From NCBI GenBank assembly GCA_934162445.1, contig CAKPIT010000003.1, positions 64,928 through 128,927 of the forward strand: a stretch of 64,000 nt of DNA, read 5' to 3'. Origin of the DNA: an uncultured Bacilli bacterium (GTDB lineage: Bacteria > Bacillota_I > Bacilli_A > RF39 > UBA660). Positions 10,005-19,885 of this stretch are shown here, in pieces (within the stretch, counting starts at the first letter, position 1; each line of letters begins with the position of its first letter). The notes beneath the pieces are model-generated. The model saw nothing but the letters and a program-made list of their open reading frames with translations, ran no database searches and was not told where the DNA came from. The position numbers and the translations under genes are program-made.

Positions 10005-10571
10005 ATGAAAGAAATAGAAATATTAGTAGAAGTATATGAAGAACTAGAAACCATCAAAAAGAAATTAGAAACATTTAACTATATAGATAGCAAAAATATT
10101 AAAGATGAATATTATTATGATCCTAAAAGAGATCTATTAAAACCAGATAATAAAAACCAACTTAGTCATTGTTTAAGATTAAGAAAAAATGATAATAATT
10201 ATTTTGTAACATATAAAGATGATATCTTTGATCACGGTAAATGGTTATATTCAAACGAATATGAAACAAAAATAGATTCAATTTCGGTTATGCAAGAAAT
10301 ATTTAAGAATCTCGGTTTAATAAAATTTATAGAACTTGACAATAAAAAAGAAGTATATAAATATCATAAATATGAAATTGTAATAGAAGATGTAAAGAAT
10401 TTAGGAATATTCTTAGAAGTTGAATATTGTACAGATAAAGATGTTGATGTAATAAAAGAAAAAGAACAAATTCAAAAATTTATAGATAAACTTAATTTAA
10501 ATGTATCAGAAGAACTTAACATGGGCAAGCCTGAATTATACATGAAAAAGCATAATATACAGATTAAATAA
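10005..10571 (+). CDS. CYTH-domain protein (CyaB-like triphosphate tunnel metalloenzyme)
   Basis: N-terminal EIEIL (the ExExK region), LRLRKNDNNYFVTYK and LEVEY acidic strands typical of CYTH/CyaB; RBS AGGAGC. Confidence 0.55.
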   Translation: MKEIEILVEVYEELETIKKKLETFNYIDSKNIKDEYYYDPKRDLLKPDNKNQLSHCLRLRKNDNNYFVTYKDDIFDHGKWLYSNEYETKIDSISVMQEIFKNLGLIKFIELDNKKEVYKYHKYEIVIEDVKNLGIFLEVEYCTDKDVDVIKEKEQIQKFIDKLNLNVSEELNMGKPELYMKKHNIQIK

Positions 10572-10587
10572 TTATAAAAAGTAGCTA

Positions 10588-10920
10588 CTATTTTGTAACT
10601 ACTTTTAATTTTTCTGAAATTTCCAAGCCATCTGCACAACCAACTGGTAATAAATAAATATAATAAGCCTTTAGTCTTGGCCTTATAAATTTTTCTGTTT
10701 TCATATTTCGATAAATAGCTAAGATTTTATCACTTTTATCAGTAACAATAATATCAAGTCTTTGACAATTAAAATAAGTATTAATCATTTTCTTTCTAGG
10801 ATAACATAACCCTTCTTTAATATTAGCAAGGTAAAATCTAAATCCTTTAATCCGTTTTTTAAACTTATTAACAACTTTAACTGTCACTTTTCCATTATTC
10901 AATATAATAACTTTTTCCAT
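10588..10920 (-). CDS. DUF192-domain protein
   Basis: 110 aa, one of only three minus-strand genes; MEKVIILNNGKVTVKV...LDIIVTDKSDKILAI...LLPVGCADGLEI resembles DUF192 (COG1430); flanked by hairpin terminators. Confidence 0.45.
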   Translation of the reverse strand: MEKVIILNNGKVTVKVVNKFKKRIKGFRFYLANIKEGLCYPRKKMINTYFNCQRLDIIVTDKSDKILAIYRNMKTEKFIRPRLKAYYIYLLPVGCADGLEISEKLKVVTK

Positions 10921-11019
10921 AATATAACCTCTCTTAATATATTATCATTATTTACAATCTTTATCTAGAATAAATGTTTCAAATATGTTATTATAGTAAA
11001 GAAAAGAGGAGGTATAAAT

Positions 11020-11742
11020 ATGAGTGGACATTCAAAATGGGCAACAATTCATCGTAAAAAAGGATTAATTGATGCTGCAAGGGGAAAGGTGTTTCAAAAA
11101 TTAGCTAAGGAAATTTATGTGGCTGCTAAAAGTGGTACTCCTGATGTTGATAGTAATGCCAATTTACGAATGGTTGTTGAAAAGGCCAAGGCTGCCAATA
11201 TGCCAAAAGATAATATTCAAAAGGCTATTGATAAAGCTAAGGGTGCAACTGAAGGTGAGAACTTCGAATCAATTATGTATGAAGGGTATGGTCCTAAAGG
11301 GGTTGCCATCATGGTTGAGTGTTTAACTGATAACCGCAATAGAACTGCATCTCTTGTTAGAAGTACATTCACCAAAAGAGGTGGTAATCTTGGAACTGAT
11401 GGTTCTGTTAGCTATTTATTTGAACGTAAAGGTTTAATTAATATACCTAACGAATATGATGAAGAAGAAGTAATGTTAGCATCTCTTGATGCCGGAGCAA
11501 GTGATATCGTTCCTTGTGATGATACTTATTTAATTACAACTCCAAGTGATAAATTTATTGCTGTTAAAGATGCCTTAAGTGCCATTGGTGTTAAAGAATT
11601 TTTAAGAAGTGAAGTAACATTTGTTGCTAATAACGAAGTGGAAGTTGATGAAGAAACTGGTGAGAAAGTTTACAACTTAATTGAAGCTTTAGAAGACCTT
11701 GATGACGTTAACAATGTATACTCAAATATGAAAGAGGTCTAA
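11020..11742 (+). CDS. yebC: YebC/PmpR family DNA-binding transcriptional regulator
   Basis: MSGHSKWATIHRKKG... is the hallmark YebC N-terminus; 240 aa; RBS GAGGAGG. Confidence 0.9.
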   Translation: MSGHSKWATIHRKKGLIDAARGKVFQKLAKEIYVAAKSGTPDVDSNANLRMVVEKAKAANMPKDNIQKAIDKAKGATEGENFESIMYEGYGPKGVAIMVECLTDNRNRTASLVRSTFTKRGGNLGTDGSVSYLFERKGLINIPNEYDEEEVMLASLDAGASDIVPCDDTYLITTPSDKFIAVKDALSAIGVKEFLRSEVTFVANNEVEVDEETGEKVYNLIEALEDLDDVNNVYSNMKEV

Positions 11743-11743
11743 T

Positions 11744-12301
11744 ATGTATAGTTATATCAAAGGAACTGTTACTGATATTGTTAGTAATGCTATTATTATT
11801 GAAACAAACGGAATAGGATATTTTGTAAATACTCCTAATCCTTTTGTGTTTGAAGTAGGAAAAGAGTATCAAATTTACTTGTATCAACAAATAAAAGAAG
11901 ATGAACATAATCTTTTTGGTTTTAAAGATAAAAGTGAAAAAGAGCTATTTTTAAAACTAATAAGCGTCAAAGGTCTAGGTCCCAAAATGGCTCTTCCAAT
12001 CATCGCCAGTGCCTCAGTTAGTGGTATTAGTGATGCTATTAATCGGGAAAATATACTTTATTTAAAAAAATTTCCTAAAATCGGTGAAAAATTAGCTAAA
12101 CAGATAATATTAGATTTGAAGGGGAAACTTGATAGCGATAATCTAACCGTCGAAGAAGAAAATACTAAAGAAGAATTAAAAGAAGCTCTTCTCGGGCTTG
12201 GTTATAAAGAAAAAGAAATTAAATCAGTTATTTTAAAAGTAGACAGTACTTTACCAATTGAATCACAAATCAAAGAAGCTTTAAAACTGTTTTTAAAATA
12301 A
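11744..12301 (+). CDS. ruvA: Holliday junction DNA helicase RuvA
   Basis: MYSYIKGTVTDI... OB fold followed by HhH motifs; immediately upstream of ruvB. Confidence 0.9.
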   Translation: MYSYIKGTVTDIVSNAIIIETNGIGYFVNTPNPFVFEVGKEYQIYLYQQIKEDEHNLFGFKDKSEKELFLKLISVKGLGPKMALPIIASASVSGISDAINRENILYLKKFPKIGEKLAKQIILDLKGKLDSDNLTVEEENTKEELKEALLGLGYKEKEIKSVILKVDSTLPIESQIKEALKLFLK

Positions 12302-12316
12302 TAAAAGGAGGTCAAT

Positions 12317-13360
12317 ATGGATGAGAGAGTTGTCTCTAAGGAAGAACTAAAAGATGATGGTATCATTGATAATACCATAAGGCCTGAAGTCTTAGATGAA
12401 TATATTGGTCAGTCTGAAGTTAAAGAAAATATTAGAGTTTTTATTGAAGCTGCCAAAATTAGAAAAGAAGTTTTAGATCATGTTTTATTATATGGTCCTC
12501 CCGGTCTTGGAAAAACAACTCTTGCCTTTATTATCGCAAGAGAATTAGGCGTAAATATTAAAACGGCCAGCGGTCCATCCATTGAAAAAAGTGGTGATTT
12601 AGCGGCTATTTTATCAACTCTTGAACCGGGTGATGTTCTTTTTATTGATGAGATTCATAGAATGCCTCGTTACATTGAAGAAATACTATATCCCGCTATG
12701 GAAGATTTTACCCTTGATATTATTATTGGCAATGATTCTGGTTCAAGAAGTATTAAAATAGATCTTCCTCCCTTTACCCTAGTAGGGGCTACCACAAGAG
12801 CCGGTGACTTATCAAGCCCATTACGAGATCGGTTTGGAATTGTAGCTAAATTAAAATTTTATACCAATAGTGAGTTAAGTGATATTATTACAAGAACCAG
12901 TAGAGTCTTGAATATGCCAATTACGAAAGAAGCAGCTATGGAACTTGCTAGTCGTAGTAGGGGAACGCCAAGAATTGCTAACCGTCTTTTTAAACGGGTC
13001 CGTGATTTTGCTCTTGTTGATCAAAAGGAAGAAATTGATAACAGCCTTTTAGAAAAAGCTCTACAAAGATTAAAAGTAGATAAAAGTGGTTTAGATGAGA
13101 CTGATTATCAACTTTTAAAAGCAATTATTGAACGCTTTAATGGCGGCCCTGTTGGCCTTGATGCTCTAGCTTCCAGTATTGGAGAAGAATCATCCACTAT
13201 TGAAGATGTTATTGAACCATATCTATTACAAGAAGGTTATTTAAAAAGAACCAGTAGGGGAAGAGTTGTTACTCCTCTTGCTTACAAACATTTAAATATT
13301 CCTTATCAAAATGGTTTATTTAACTTTAACTTTTCAGATGACAAAGAAGGTGAAGATTAA
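12317..13360 (+). CDS. ruvB: Holliday junction branch migration ATPase RuvB
   Basis: [14 protein letters not shown] Walker A, DEIHR sensor, C-terminal winged helix. Confidence 0.95.
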   Translation: MDERVVSKEELKDDGIIDNTIRPEVLDEYIGQSEVKENIRVFIEAAKIRKEVLDHVLLYGPPGLGKTTLAFIIARELGVNIKTASGPSIEKSGDLAAILSTLEPGDVLFIDEIHRMPRYIEEILYPAMEDFTLDIIIGNDSGSRSIKIDLPPFTLVGATTRAGDLSSPLRDRFGIVAKLKFYTNSELSDIITRTSRVLNMPITKEAAMELASRSRGTPRIANRLFKRVRDFALVDQKEEIDNSLLEKALQRLKVDKSGLDETDYQLLKAIIERFNGGPVGLDALASSIGEESSTIEDVIEPYLLQEGYLKRTSRGRVVTPLAYKHLNIPYQNGLFNFNFSDDKEGED

Positions 13361-14385
13361 TGAAAGTTGAAGATTTTGATTATGATTTAGATGAAAATTT
13401 GATTGCCCAAACTCCTTTGAAAGAGCGCGATCAATCTAGGTTAATGGTAGTTGACCGTGAAACTAAAGAAATTAGTGATCATCATTTCCATGATATTATT
13501 GATTATTTAGAAAAAGGAGACACCTTAGTTTTAAATGATACGAAAGTATTACCTGCAAGACTTATTGGTACTAAAGAAAGTACGAAAGCAACGATTGAAG
13601 TATTACTATTAAAAGAAAAAGGAAACGATACATGGGAAACTTTAGTAAAACCCGCAAGAAGAGTACATGTTAACGATATTATTACCTTTGGCAATGACCA
13701 TTTAAAATTAAAGTGCCTTGAAGAAAAAGAAGAGGGTATTAGAGTATTTAAAGCAATTTATAGTGGTATTTTTTATGAAATTTTGGATGAGTTAGGTTCT
13801 ATGCCTCTTCCTCCTTATATTCATGAAAAATTAGAAGATAAAGATAGATATCAAACTGTTTATGCTAAAGAAGTTGGTAGTGCTGCCGCTCCTACGGCTG
13901 GGCTTCATTTTACTAAAGAATTATTAGAAGAAATAGCTAATAAAGGAATTAATGTTGTCTATTTAACACTTCATGTTGGTCTTGGTACTTTTAGACCTGT
14001 TAAAGTAGAAAAAGTTGAAGATCATAAAATGCATAGTGAGTTTTATGAATTAACAAGTGATGTTGCTGCCATTTTGAATGAAACAAGAAAAAAGGGACAT
14101 CGTATTATTGCTGTTGGAACTACTAGTACAAGAACTCTTGAAACTGTTTATCAAAAATATAAAACATTTAAAGAAGATCGGGGCTTTACTGATATTTTCA
14201 TTTATCCCGGTAAAGAGGTTTTAGGAATTGATGGTTTGATTACTAATTTTCACTTGCCTAAATCAACTCTTATCATGCTAGTATCTGCTATTGCCGGTAA
14301 AGATTTAATCATGAAAGCCTATCATCATGCTACTTTAGAAAAATATCGTTTCTTTTCATTTGGCGATGCAATGTTCATAAAGTAG
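13360..14385 (+). CDS. queA: S-adenosylmethionine:tRNA ribosyltransferase-isomerase QueA
   Basis: [26 protein letters not shown] and the full-length QueA fold; conserved ruvAB-queA synteny. Confidence 0.95.
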   Translation: MKVEDFDYDLDENLIAQTPLKERDQSRLMVVDRETKEISDHHFHDIIDYLEKGDTLVLNDTKVLPARLIGTKESTKATIEVLLLKEKGNDTWETLVKPARRVHVNDIITFGNDHLKLKCLEEKEEGIRVFKAIYSGIFYEILDELGSMPLPPYIHEKLEDKDRYQTVYAKEVGSAAAPTAGLHFTKELLEEIANKGINVVYLTLHVGLGTFRPVKVEKVEDHKMHSEFYELTSDVAAILNETRKKGHRIIAVGTTSTRTLETVYQKYKTFKEDRGFTDIFIYPGKEVLGIDGLITNFHLPKSTLIMLVSAIAGKDLIMKAYHHATLEKYRFFSFGDAMFIK

Positions 14386-14435
14386 TTGAAAAACAAAAAA
14401 AGATAAGATATAATAAGCGTATTGGAGGAAAATAT

Positions 14436-15713
14436 ATGGAAAATAAAGAAACAAAAACTAAAAACAAACATGAAATAGAAATTACGATAGATAAAGAAGT
14501 ATGGGCTAAAGCTCAAGATGAAGCTTTTAAAACTTTACAAAAAGATGCCAAAATAGATGGTTTCCGTAAAGGAAAATGTCCTAAAGATATTTATATTAAG
14601 AAATTTGGTGACAGTAGAATTCTTTTAGAAGCTGCTGATATTACTGTTGAAGATGCTTATAAAAAAGCCCTTAATGACAGCAAATTAATTCCTGCTGTAA
14701 GTCCTAAAGTAGATTTAAAAAGCGTTGATGATCAAAGTGTTACTTATAAATTTACAATCATTACTAAACCCGATGTAAAAGTAAACAAATATAAAGAATT
14801 AGGTATAAAACCTAATATTGTAACAATTGAAAAAGAAGAAATTGATCATGAAATTGAACATTTACTAGAAAAATATAAAGAATTGGTTAACAAAGATGAT
14901 GATACTGTAGTAGCTTCAGGAGACGTTGCTATCATTGATTTTGAAGGATTCAAAGAAGGGGTTCCATTCGATGGTGGTAAAGGTGAAAACTATTCTTTGA
15001 AAATTGGTAGCAATACTTTTATTCCCGGCTTTGAAGATCAATTAATTGGTATGAAAAAAAATGAAGAAAAAGAAATTAAAGTTACTTTCCCAGAAGATTA
15101 TATGGAAGAAAGCTTAAAAGGTAAAGAAGTAACTTTCAAAGTAAAAGTAAATGACATTAAAGAAGAAAAAACACGCGACTTAGATGAAGATTTCTTCTTC
15201 GATTTAGGCCTTGAAGGTGTTGATTCTGAAGAAAGCTTACGTAAAGAAGTAGAAGCTAATATTAAAGCCAATAAAGAAATGGATGAAGAAAATAAATATA
15301 TTGATCGTCTATTAGAAGCTATTGCTAAAAATGTTGAAGTAGATATTCCTGAAGAAATGGTTGAAGAAGAAGTTGATCGTCTATTAAAAAGAACTGAACA
15401 ATCACTTGCCATGCAAGGAATAAGTTTAGATATGTATTATCAATTTACTAAAACTAAAGAAGAAGATTTACGTAATCAATTAGAAAAAGAAGCTTACCAA
15501 AATGTTTTATATCGTTTAATGCTTGAAGAAATTATGAAACTAGAAAAAATTGAAGTAAGTAAAGAAGAAGCTAAAATAGAAGCTGAAAAATTAGCTAAAA
15601 AATATGAAATGGAATTAGATGCATTCCTTAATGAGTTTGGTGGTCTAGATATGGTTCAATATGACCAAGAAATGCGTAAGACTATTGAATTATTAAAAGA
15701 ATTAAATAAGTAA
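14436..15713 (+). CDS. tig: Trigger factor
   Basis: N-terminal ribosome-binding motif GFRKGK, central FKBP-type PPIase and an acidic C-terminal arm. Confidence 0.9.
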   Translation: MENKETKTKNKHEIEITIDKEVWAKAQDEAFKTLQKDAKIDGFRKGKCPKDIYIKKFGDSRILLEAADITVEDAYKKALNDSKLIPAVSPKVDLKSVDDQSVTYKFTIITKPDVKVNKYKELGIKPNIVTIEKEEIDHEIEHLLEKYKELVNKDDDTVVASGDVAIIDFEGFKEGVPFDGGKGENYSLKIGSNTFIPGFEDQLIGMKKNEEKEIKVTFPEDYMEESLKGKEVTFKVKVNDIKEEKTRDLDEDFFFDLGLEGVDSEESLRKEVEANIKANKEMDEENKYIDRLLEAIAKNVEVDIPEEMVEEEVDRLLKRTEQSLAMQGISLDMYYQFTKTKEEDLRNQLEKEAYQNVLYRLMLEEIMKLEKIEVSKEEAKIEAEKLAKKYEMELDAFLNEFGGLDMVQYDQEMRKTIELLKELNK

Positions 15714-15770
15714 AACTTGCAACATTAGTAAGTTTTTGATATAGTGTTAAAGAAACAAGGAGGGATTATA

Positions 15771-15935
15771 ATGGCAAAAGTAGGTAATAGACAACATAAG
15801 ACATTCGTATGTACTGTTTGTGGAGAAGAAAATTATCGTGAAGAAAAAAATGTAAGAAATACTCCAGATCGTCTTGAAATAAAGAAATATTGTCCAAAAT
15901 GTGGTAAACATACTACCCATAAAGAGAAAAAGTAA
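15771..15935 (+). CDS. rpmG: 50S ribosomal protein L33
   Basis: [22 protein letters not shown]...[17 protein letters not shown], a Cys4 zinc ribbon; start placed at the ATG 8 nt after RBS AAGGAGGG, which is internal to the longer ORF-track frame. Confidence 0.85.
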   Translation: MAKVGNRQHKTFVCTVCGEENYREEKNVRNTPDRLEIKKYCPKCGKHTTHKEKK

Positions 15936-15963
15936 TAACTAATAAACAAAAGGAGGTAAAACC

Positions 15964-16521
15964 ATGGTTAACTCAAATGATTTAAAAGTAGGAATGACCG
16001 TTCAATATGAAGGTGGAATCTATAGTGTTCTTGATAGTCAACATGTTAAACCGGGAAAAGGTGCCGCTATTGTAAAGGCTAAACTAAAAAATTTAAGAAC
16101 TGGTTCTATCGTTGAAAAGACTTTAAATGCCGGTGTTAAAATTGAAACTGCCCATATTGAAAAAAGACCAATGCAATTTTTATACAGCATGGGTAATACC
16201 TATTATTTTATGAGCATGACAGATTATGATCAAATAGAACTTGATAAATCAGTTATTGGTGATGATACTAAGTATCTTAAAGAAAACCTTGAAGTAGAAG
16301 TAATTTTCTTTGAAGGGGAAATGTTAGGTATGAATTTACCAGACAAAGTAACTATGAAAATTGTTAAAACAGAAGATGCCGTTAAAGGTAATACTTCAAG
16401 TGGTGCTTTAAAAAATGCTGAACTAGAAACTGGAATGATGATTCAAGTACCATTATTTATTAAGCAAGATGAAGAAATTTTAGTTAGTACTAAAGATGGT
16501 AAATATGTATCACGTGCATAA
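15964..16521 (+). CDS. efp: Elongation factor P
   Basis: Canonical EF-P KOW domain with the modification loop VKPGKGAA; 185 aa. Confidence 0.95.
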   Translation: MVNSNDLKVGMTVQYEGGIYSVLDSQHVKPGKGAAIVKAKLKNLRTGSIVEKTLNAGVKIETAHIEKRPMQFLYSMGNTYYFMSMTDYDQIELDKSVIGDDTKYLKENLEVEVIFFEGEMLGMNLPDKVTMKIVKTEDAVKGNTSSGALKNAELETGMMIQVPLFIKQDEEILVSTKDGKYVSRA

Positions 16522-16553
16522 AAAAATGAACTTTAATTTGAAGCTCATTTTTT

Positions 16554-17147
16554 TTAATCAATAATTCTTCCAATTCGGAAACTATATAACTTTTCTTTTT
16601 TATAGTACTTTAAACTACATTCAATTCCTTGATACTGGAAAAACTCTGAAGTTTTACTATCATCATCTTTGGTATTACCAAGTGTTTCAAATACTTTATC
16701 ATAAATCATTTTGGCTGTTTTCTTATCAACTGCCTCATTATTAGCTTGAATTAAACCAATAATAATATTCTTAGCAGTATTATTTTTCTTTTTAAAATCA
16801 ACTTTACTAATCGTTACATTATTATCATCATCAAGATAAAAAGTAATATCATTATCATTAATGGTAATAGAGTTATCAACTGTATTATTAATCTTTAAAT
16901 CATCATTATTAATAATTTCATTATATTTATCAACATAATCATCAAAACTAATATTTTCAAGGCTAACAAGTTTAGTTAAATCACTAAAATCTTCCTTCTT
17001 CATTTTTTCTTCCATTGCTTTTTTATCAATAACACTCTTTGTTATTTCCGTAGCCAATAAATAACAAATTATTCCTAATACTAAAGTAGTAATAACTAAG
17101 ATAACTATTTGTCGTTTTTTAAGCTTTTCGTTCTTTTTCTTTTTCAT
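16554..17147 (-). CDS. Hypothetical membrane-anchored protein
   Basis: Lys-rich N-terminus plus one TM helix (IVILVITTLVLGIICYLL), then an Asn/Asp-rich ectodomain; shares a bidirectional hairpin terminator with efp. Confidence 0.4.
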   Translation of the reverse strand: MKKKKNEKLKKRQIVILVITTLVLGIICYLLATEITKSVIDKKAMEEKMKKEDFSDLTKLVSLENISFDDYVDKYNEIINNDDLKINNTVDNSITINDNDITFYLDDDNNVTISKVDFKKKNNTAKNIIIGLIQANNEAVDKKTAKMIYDKVFETLGNTKDDDSKTSEFFQYQGIECSLKYYKKEKLYSFRIGRIID

Positions 17148-17268
17148 ATAACATCACCATTATCAGTATAACATAAACTTGACATTAAAAGTGTAAATTT
17201 TCCTATATTTTTTGTAAAATAATTGTTATACTAATAATGATAATAACATTACTAAAAAGGAGGTTAAC

Positions 17269-17523
17269 ATGATCTTATCTAGCTATCCTAAAATTGATCT
17301 TCATGGTATGGATCAGGAATATGCTCTTTTTAAAGTAAATGATTTTATTAATGATTCTTTAAAATTAAAGTATCCTAAAATAGTTATAATTCATGGTATT
17401 GGAGAAGGAATATTAAGAAATGCTACCATAAATTATTTAAAAAAAGACAAAAGAGTCCTTAAGTATGAACTTGATATTACGAATCCCGGTTGTACCTTAG
17501 TAACACTTAAATTTGACAATTAG
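17269..17523 (+). CDS. Smr-domain protein (small MutS-related nuclease domain)
   Basis: 84 aa; IDLHGM...A......FI......KIVIIHGIGEGILR matches the Smr LDLHG...ITGKG core; RBS AAAGGAGG. Confidence 0.5.
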   Translation: MILSSYPKIDLHGMDQEYALFKVNDFINDSLKLKYPKIVIIHGIGEGILRNATINYLKKDKRVLKYELDITNPGCTLVTLKFDN

Positions 17524-17571
17524 AGTATCTTGTGTTATAATATGGCCAGCTTATTGAAAGAAGGGGTAAAT

Positions 17572-18522
17572 ATGTATACAGAAGAGAATACCGTAAAAAG
17601 ATTTCCACTACGAAATATCTTATTAAAAGTAATGGTGGTTATTGTTTTCTTATTATTAGTTATTTTTATTATATCTAAAATATCTACACCAACTGTAAAA
17701 ACAGCATCAACTAAAACTTATGATAAAGTATTTAACAAAAACTTAAACTCGATGGAAAAGGCTGCATTAACATACTATACTAAAGACAATCTCCCACTTA
17801 ATGTTGGAGATGTTAGTGAATTAACATTAAGAGAAATGATTAATAAAGAATTATTAGATTCCTTTACTGATGCTAATAAAAAAGCCTGTGATGTTAATGC
17901 TAGTTCCATAAAACTTACTAAAAATGATAATAATTATACTTTAAAAGTTACCTTAAAATGTGCTAATAAAAAAGACTATAAATTAAGTGAGTTAGGTGAA
18001 TATAAGTATTGTAAAAATACCTTATGTAAGAAAGACTCTTCTAAAGAGGAAAAAGAACAAGATAAAAATACTGATTCTAAAGTAACAGATAAAGTTCCAA
18101 TTACAAAAGAAGAAACTAATACATCAAGTAGTCAAAATAATTCAACTACTAAAAACAATACGCAACCATCTAAACCATCCACATCAACAAAAACTGCATC
18201 TAAATCATATGAATACAAAAAAGTAACACCTAAGGTTTTATCAAAATGGAGTAGTTGGAGTCCTTGGGCTTACAATAATGATGGTTATCAAGAAATTAAA
18301 TGTAATAGTACTGATAGTACTTGTCTAAAAGAAATTCAACTATATAGTAGAACCGAATATATTGGTACTCAAAATGGTGAAAAACTATATGGTAAAGTAA
18401 CATACTATAGTTATCGTACACGAAGTGTTGTTAGTGAAGAGCAAATAGATATTAAATGGAGTAGTTATAATGATACTAGCTTACTAAATAATGGTTATAG
18501 CTACACTGGAAAAGAAAAATAA
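17572..18522 (+). CDS. Hypothetical membrane-anchored, Cys/Thr/Ser-rich surface protein
   Basis: Start placed at the ATG after RBS AAGGGGT and a TATAAT box (17535-17540); N-terminal TM helix then a Lys/Thr/Ser-rich extracellular region with scattered Cys. Confidence 0.4.
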   Translation: MYTEENTVKRFPLRNILLKVMVVIVFLLLVIFIISKISTPTVKTASTKTYDKVFNKNLNSMEKAALTYYTKDNLPLNVGDVSELTLREMINKELLDSFTDANKKACDVNASSIKLTKNDNNYTLKVTLKCANKKDYKLSELGEYKYCKNTLCKKDSSKEEKEQDKNTDSKVTDKVPITKEETNTSSSQNNSTTKNNTQPSKPSTSTKTASKSYEYKKVTPKVLSKWSSWSPWAYNNDGYQEIKCNSTDSTCLKEIQLYSRTEYIGTQNGEKLYGKVTYYSYRTRSVVSEEQIDIKWSSYNDTSLLNNGYSYTGKEK

Positions 18523-18534
18523 GGAGTGATAATT

Positions 18535-19827
18535 ATGAATAATGAAAAAAGAAAATATACAGTAGATGCCATCTACTGGTTAAACAAAGAAGATTTAGAA
18601 GAAGGAATGCCAAGATATATAGCTGTTCGTAAAGATAAAGAAACAGGAGCTTATTCATGGTATTTTACTGATGATGATATTAAAGGAAGAACTTTAATTA
18701 GCAATTATTTAAAAGATAGTGGTTATTCTAAAAAGACTGATACTCTAGAAGATATTGCTGAAAATAATTATAAATTTATAAGAGGAATTAAAAAGCCATA
18801 TTATGCCGCTGTTTATTATGCTAGTGCTACTAATAAATCATTAGCAACTGAATTTGATGAAACTTATCTAAGATATCAAAATGGTGAAGATTTAGATAAA
18901 GAAGCTTCTTCTCAAGAAGAACAAGTTACTGAAGAAAGTACCAAGAAAGTTGGTTTCTTTACAAGATTAAAAAATAAGATTCAAGATAAAGTTCAATCAA
19001 AATTATCTAAAGAAACAAAAGGTAAAGGTAAACATGCTTTTGTAAGAGTAGCTGCTGTTATGACTGCTTTAGTATTAGGTATTGGAGGTCTTTGTAAATT
19101 ATCAAGAAAAAATAATCCAGCGGATAAAGGAGCAAGAATTGTTACTGAAAGTACAACTAACACTAAAGTTCCTACTACTAATAAGTCTGAACCAGTTACT
19201 AACCCTTCTAGTAATGAAGTAGTAAATAAAGAAGAAACAGTAACACCTGCTACAACTTCATGTACTTATAATAGCAATAGAGAAAATCAAATGGGTAAAT
19301 ATAATGTTTACAATCCATCTCCAAGCGATGAAGGCTTTACTGCTCCAGATAAAGAATTTCAAGATCCTAATGCTAAAATAGATGATGTAAATACTCCATC
19401 AACCCCAACAAATCCAAGTGATACGCCATCAATCATTGAAGGTGAAGAACCAATAAATAATGGTAATAACAATAATAACAGTGGAGAAACTATTGATGTT
19501 GACGGTGATAATATTGACTATAAAGATAATTTAACAGGAAATGCTGTTGGAAACATTACTAAAGATCCAACTGATGATAAATCTAATGAACCATTACCAA
19601 ACCCTGATGATACTGCAATAGATAATGGCTTTGATATGAGTAATAGTGAATCAACAGATAATTATGTTCCTGTTTATCAAAAAAACTCTCTAGAAGATGC
19701 TGTTACTGAAACAATGACCGCTCTTGAAAATGGAGAAAACGTTAATATGGTATTTGATCCTAATACAAATACATGGAAAACTGAACAAGTTCCCGTTACA
19801 ACTCAAACTGAAGGTTTAAGCAAATAA
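18535..19827 (+). CDS. Hypothetical bitopic membrane protein with a disordered Asn/Thr/Pro/Asp-rich C-terminal region
   Basis: Start placed at the ATG 8 nt after AAGGAG; a ~185-aa cytoplasmic-looking domain, one central TM (AFVRVAAVMTALVLGIGGLC), then a ~230-aa low-complexity tail. Confidence 0.4.
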   Translation: MNNEKRKYTVDAIYWLNKEDLEEGMPRYIAVRKDKETGAYSWYFTDDDIKGRTLISNYLKDSGYSKKTDTLEDIAENNYKFIRGIKKPYYAAVYYASATNKSLATEFDETYLRYQNGEDLDKEASSQEEQVTEESTKKVGFFTRLKNKIQDKVQSKLSKETKGKGKHAFVRVAAVMTALVLGIGGLCKLSRKNNPADKGARIVTESTTNTKVPTTNKSEPVTNPSSNEVVNKEETVTPATTSCTYNSNRENQMGKYNVYNPSPSDEGFTAPDKEFQDPNAKIDDVNTPSTPTNPSDTPSIIEGEEPINNGNNNNNSGETIDVDGDNIDYKDNLTGNAVGNITKDPTDDKSNEPLPNPDDTAIDNGFDMSNSESTDNYVPVYQKNSLEDAVTETMTALENGENVNMVFDPNTNTWKTEQVPVTTQTEGLSK

Positions 19828-19885
19828 GAATAGAAAACTTTACTATCTATTCTTTTTTTGTTACAATAATAAAGAAGAATAGTGG

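Noticed and set aside
9158-10057. Minus-strand ORFs (9158-9391, 9316-9510, 9503-10057) across the methyltransferase gene
   Set aside because: They have low-complexity hydrophobic translations with no starts preceded by an RBS. The + strand methyltransferase has recognisable motifs.
11117-11326. 69-aa alternate-frame ORF inside yebC
   Set aside because: It overlaps a conserved gene in another frame and has no RBS.
15098-15412. Ser-rich 104-aa antisense ORF inside tig
   Set aside because: It is the antisense of a GAA/GAT-rich coding region, a typical artefact.
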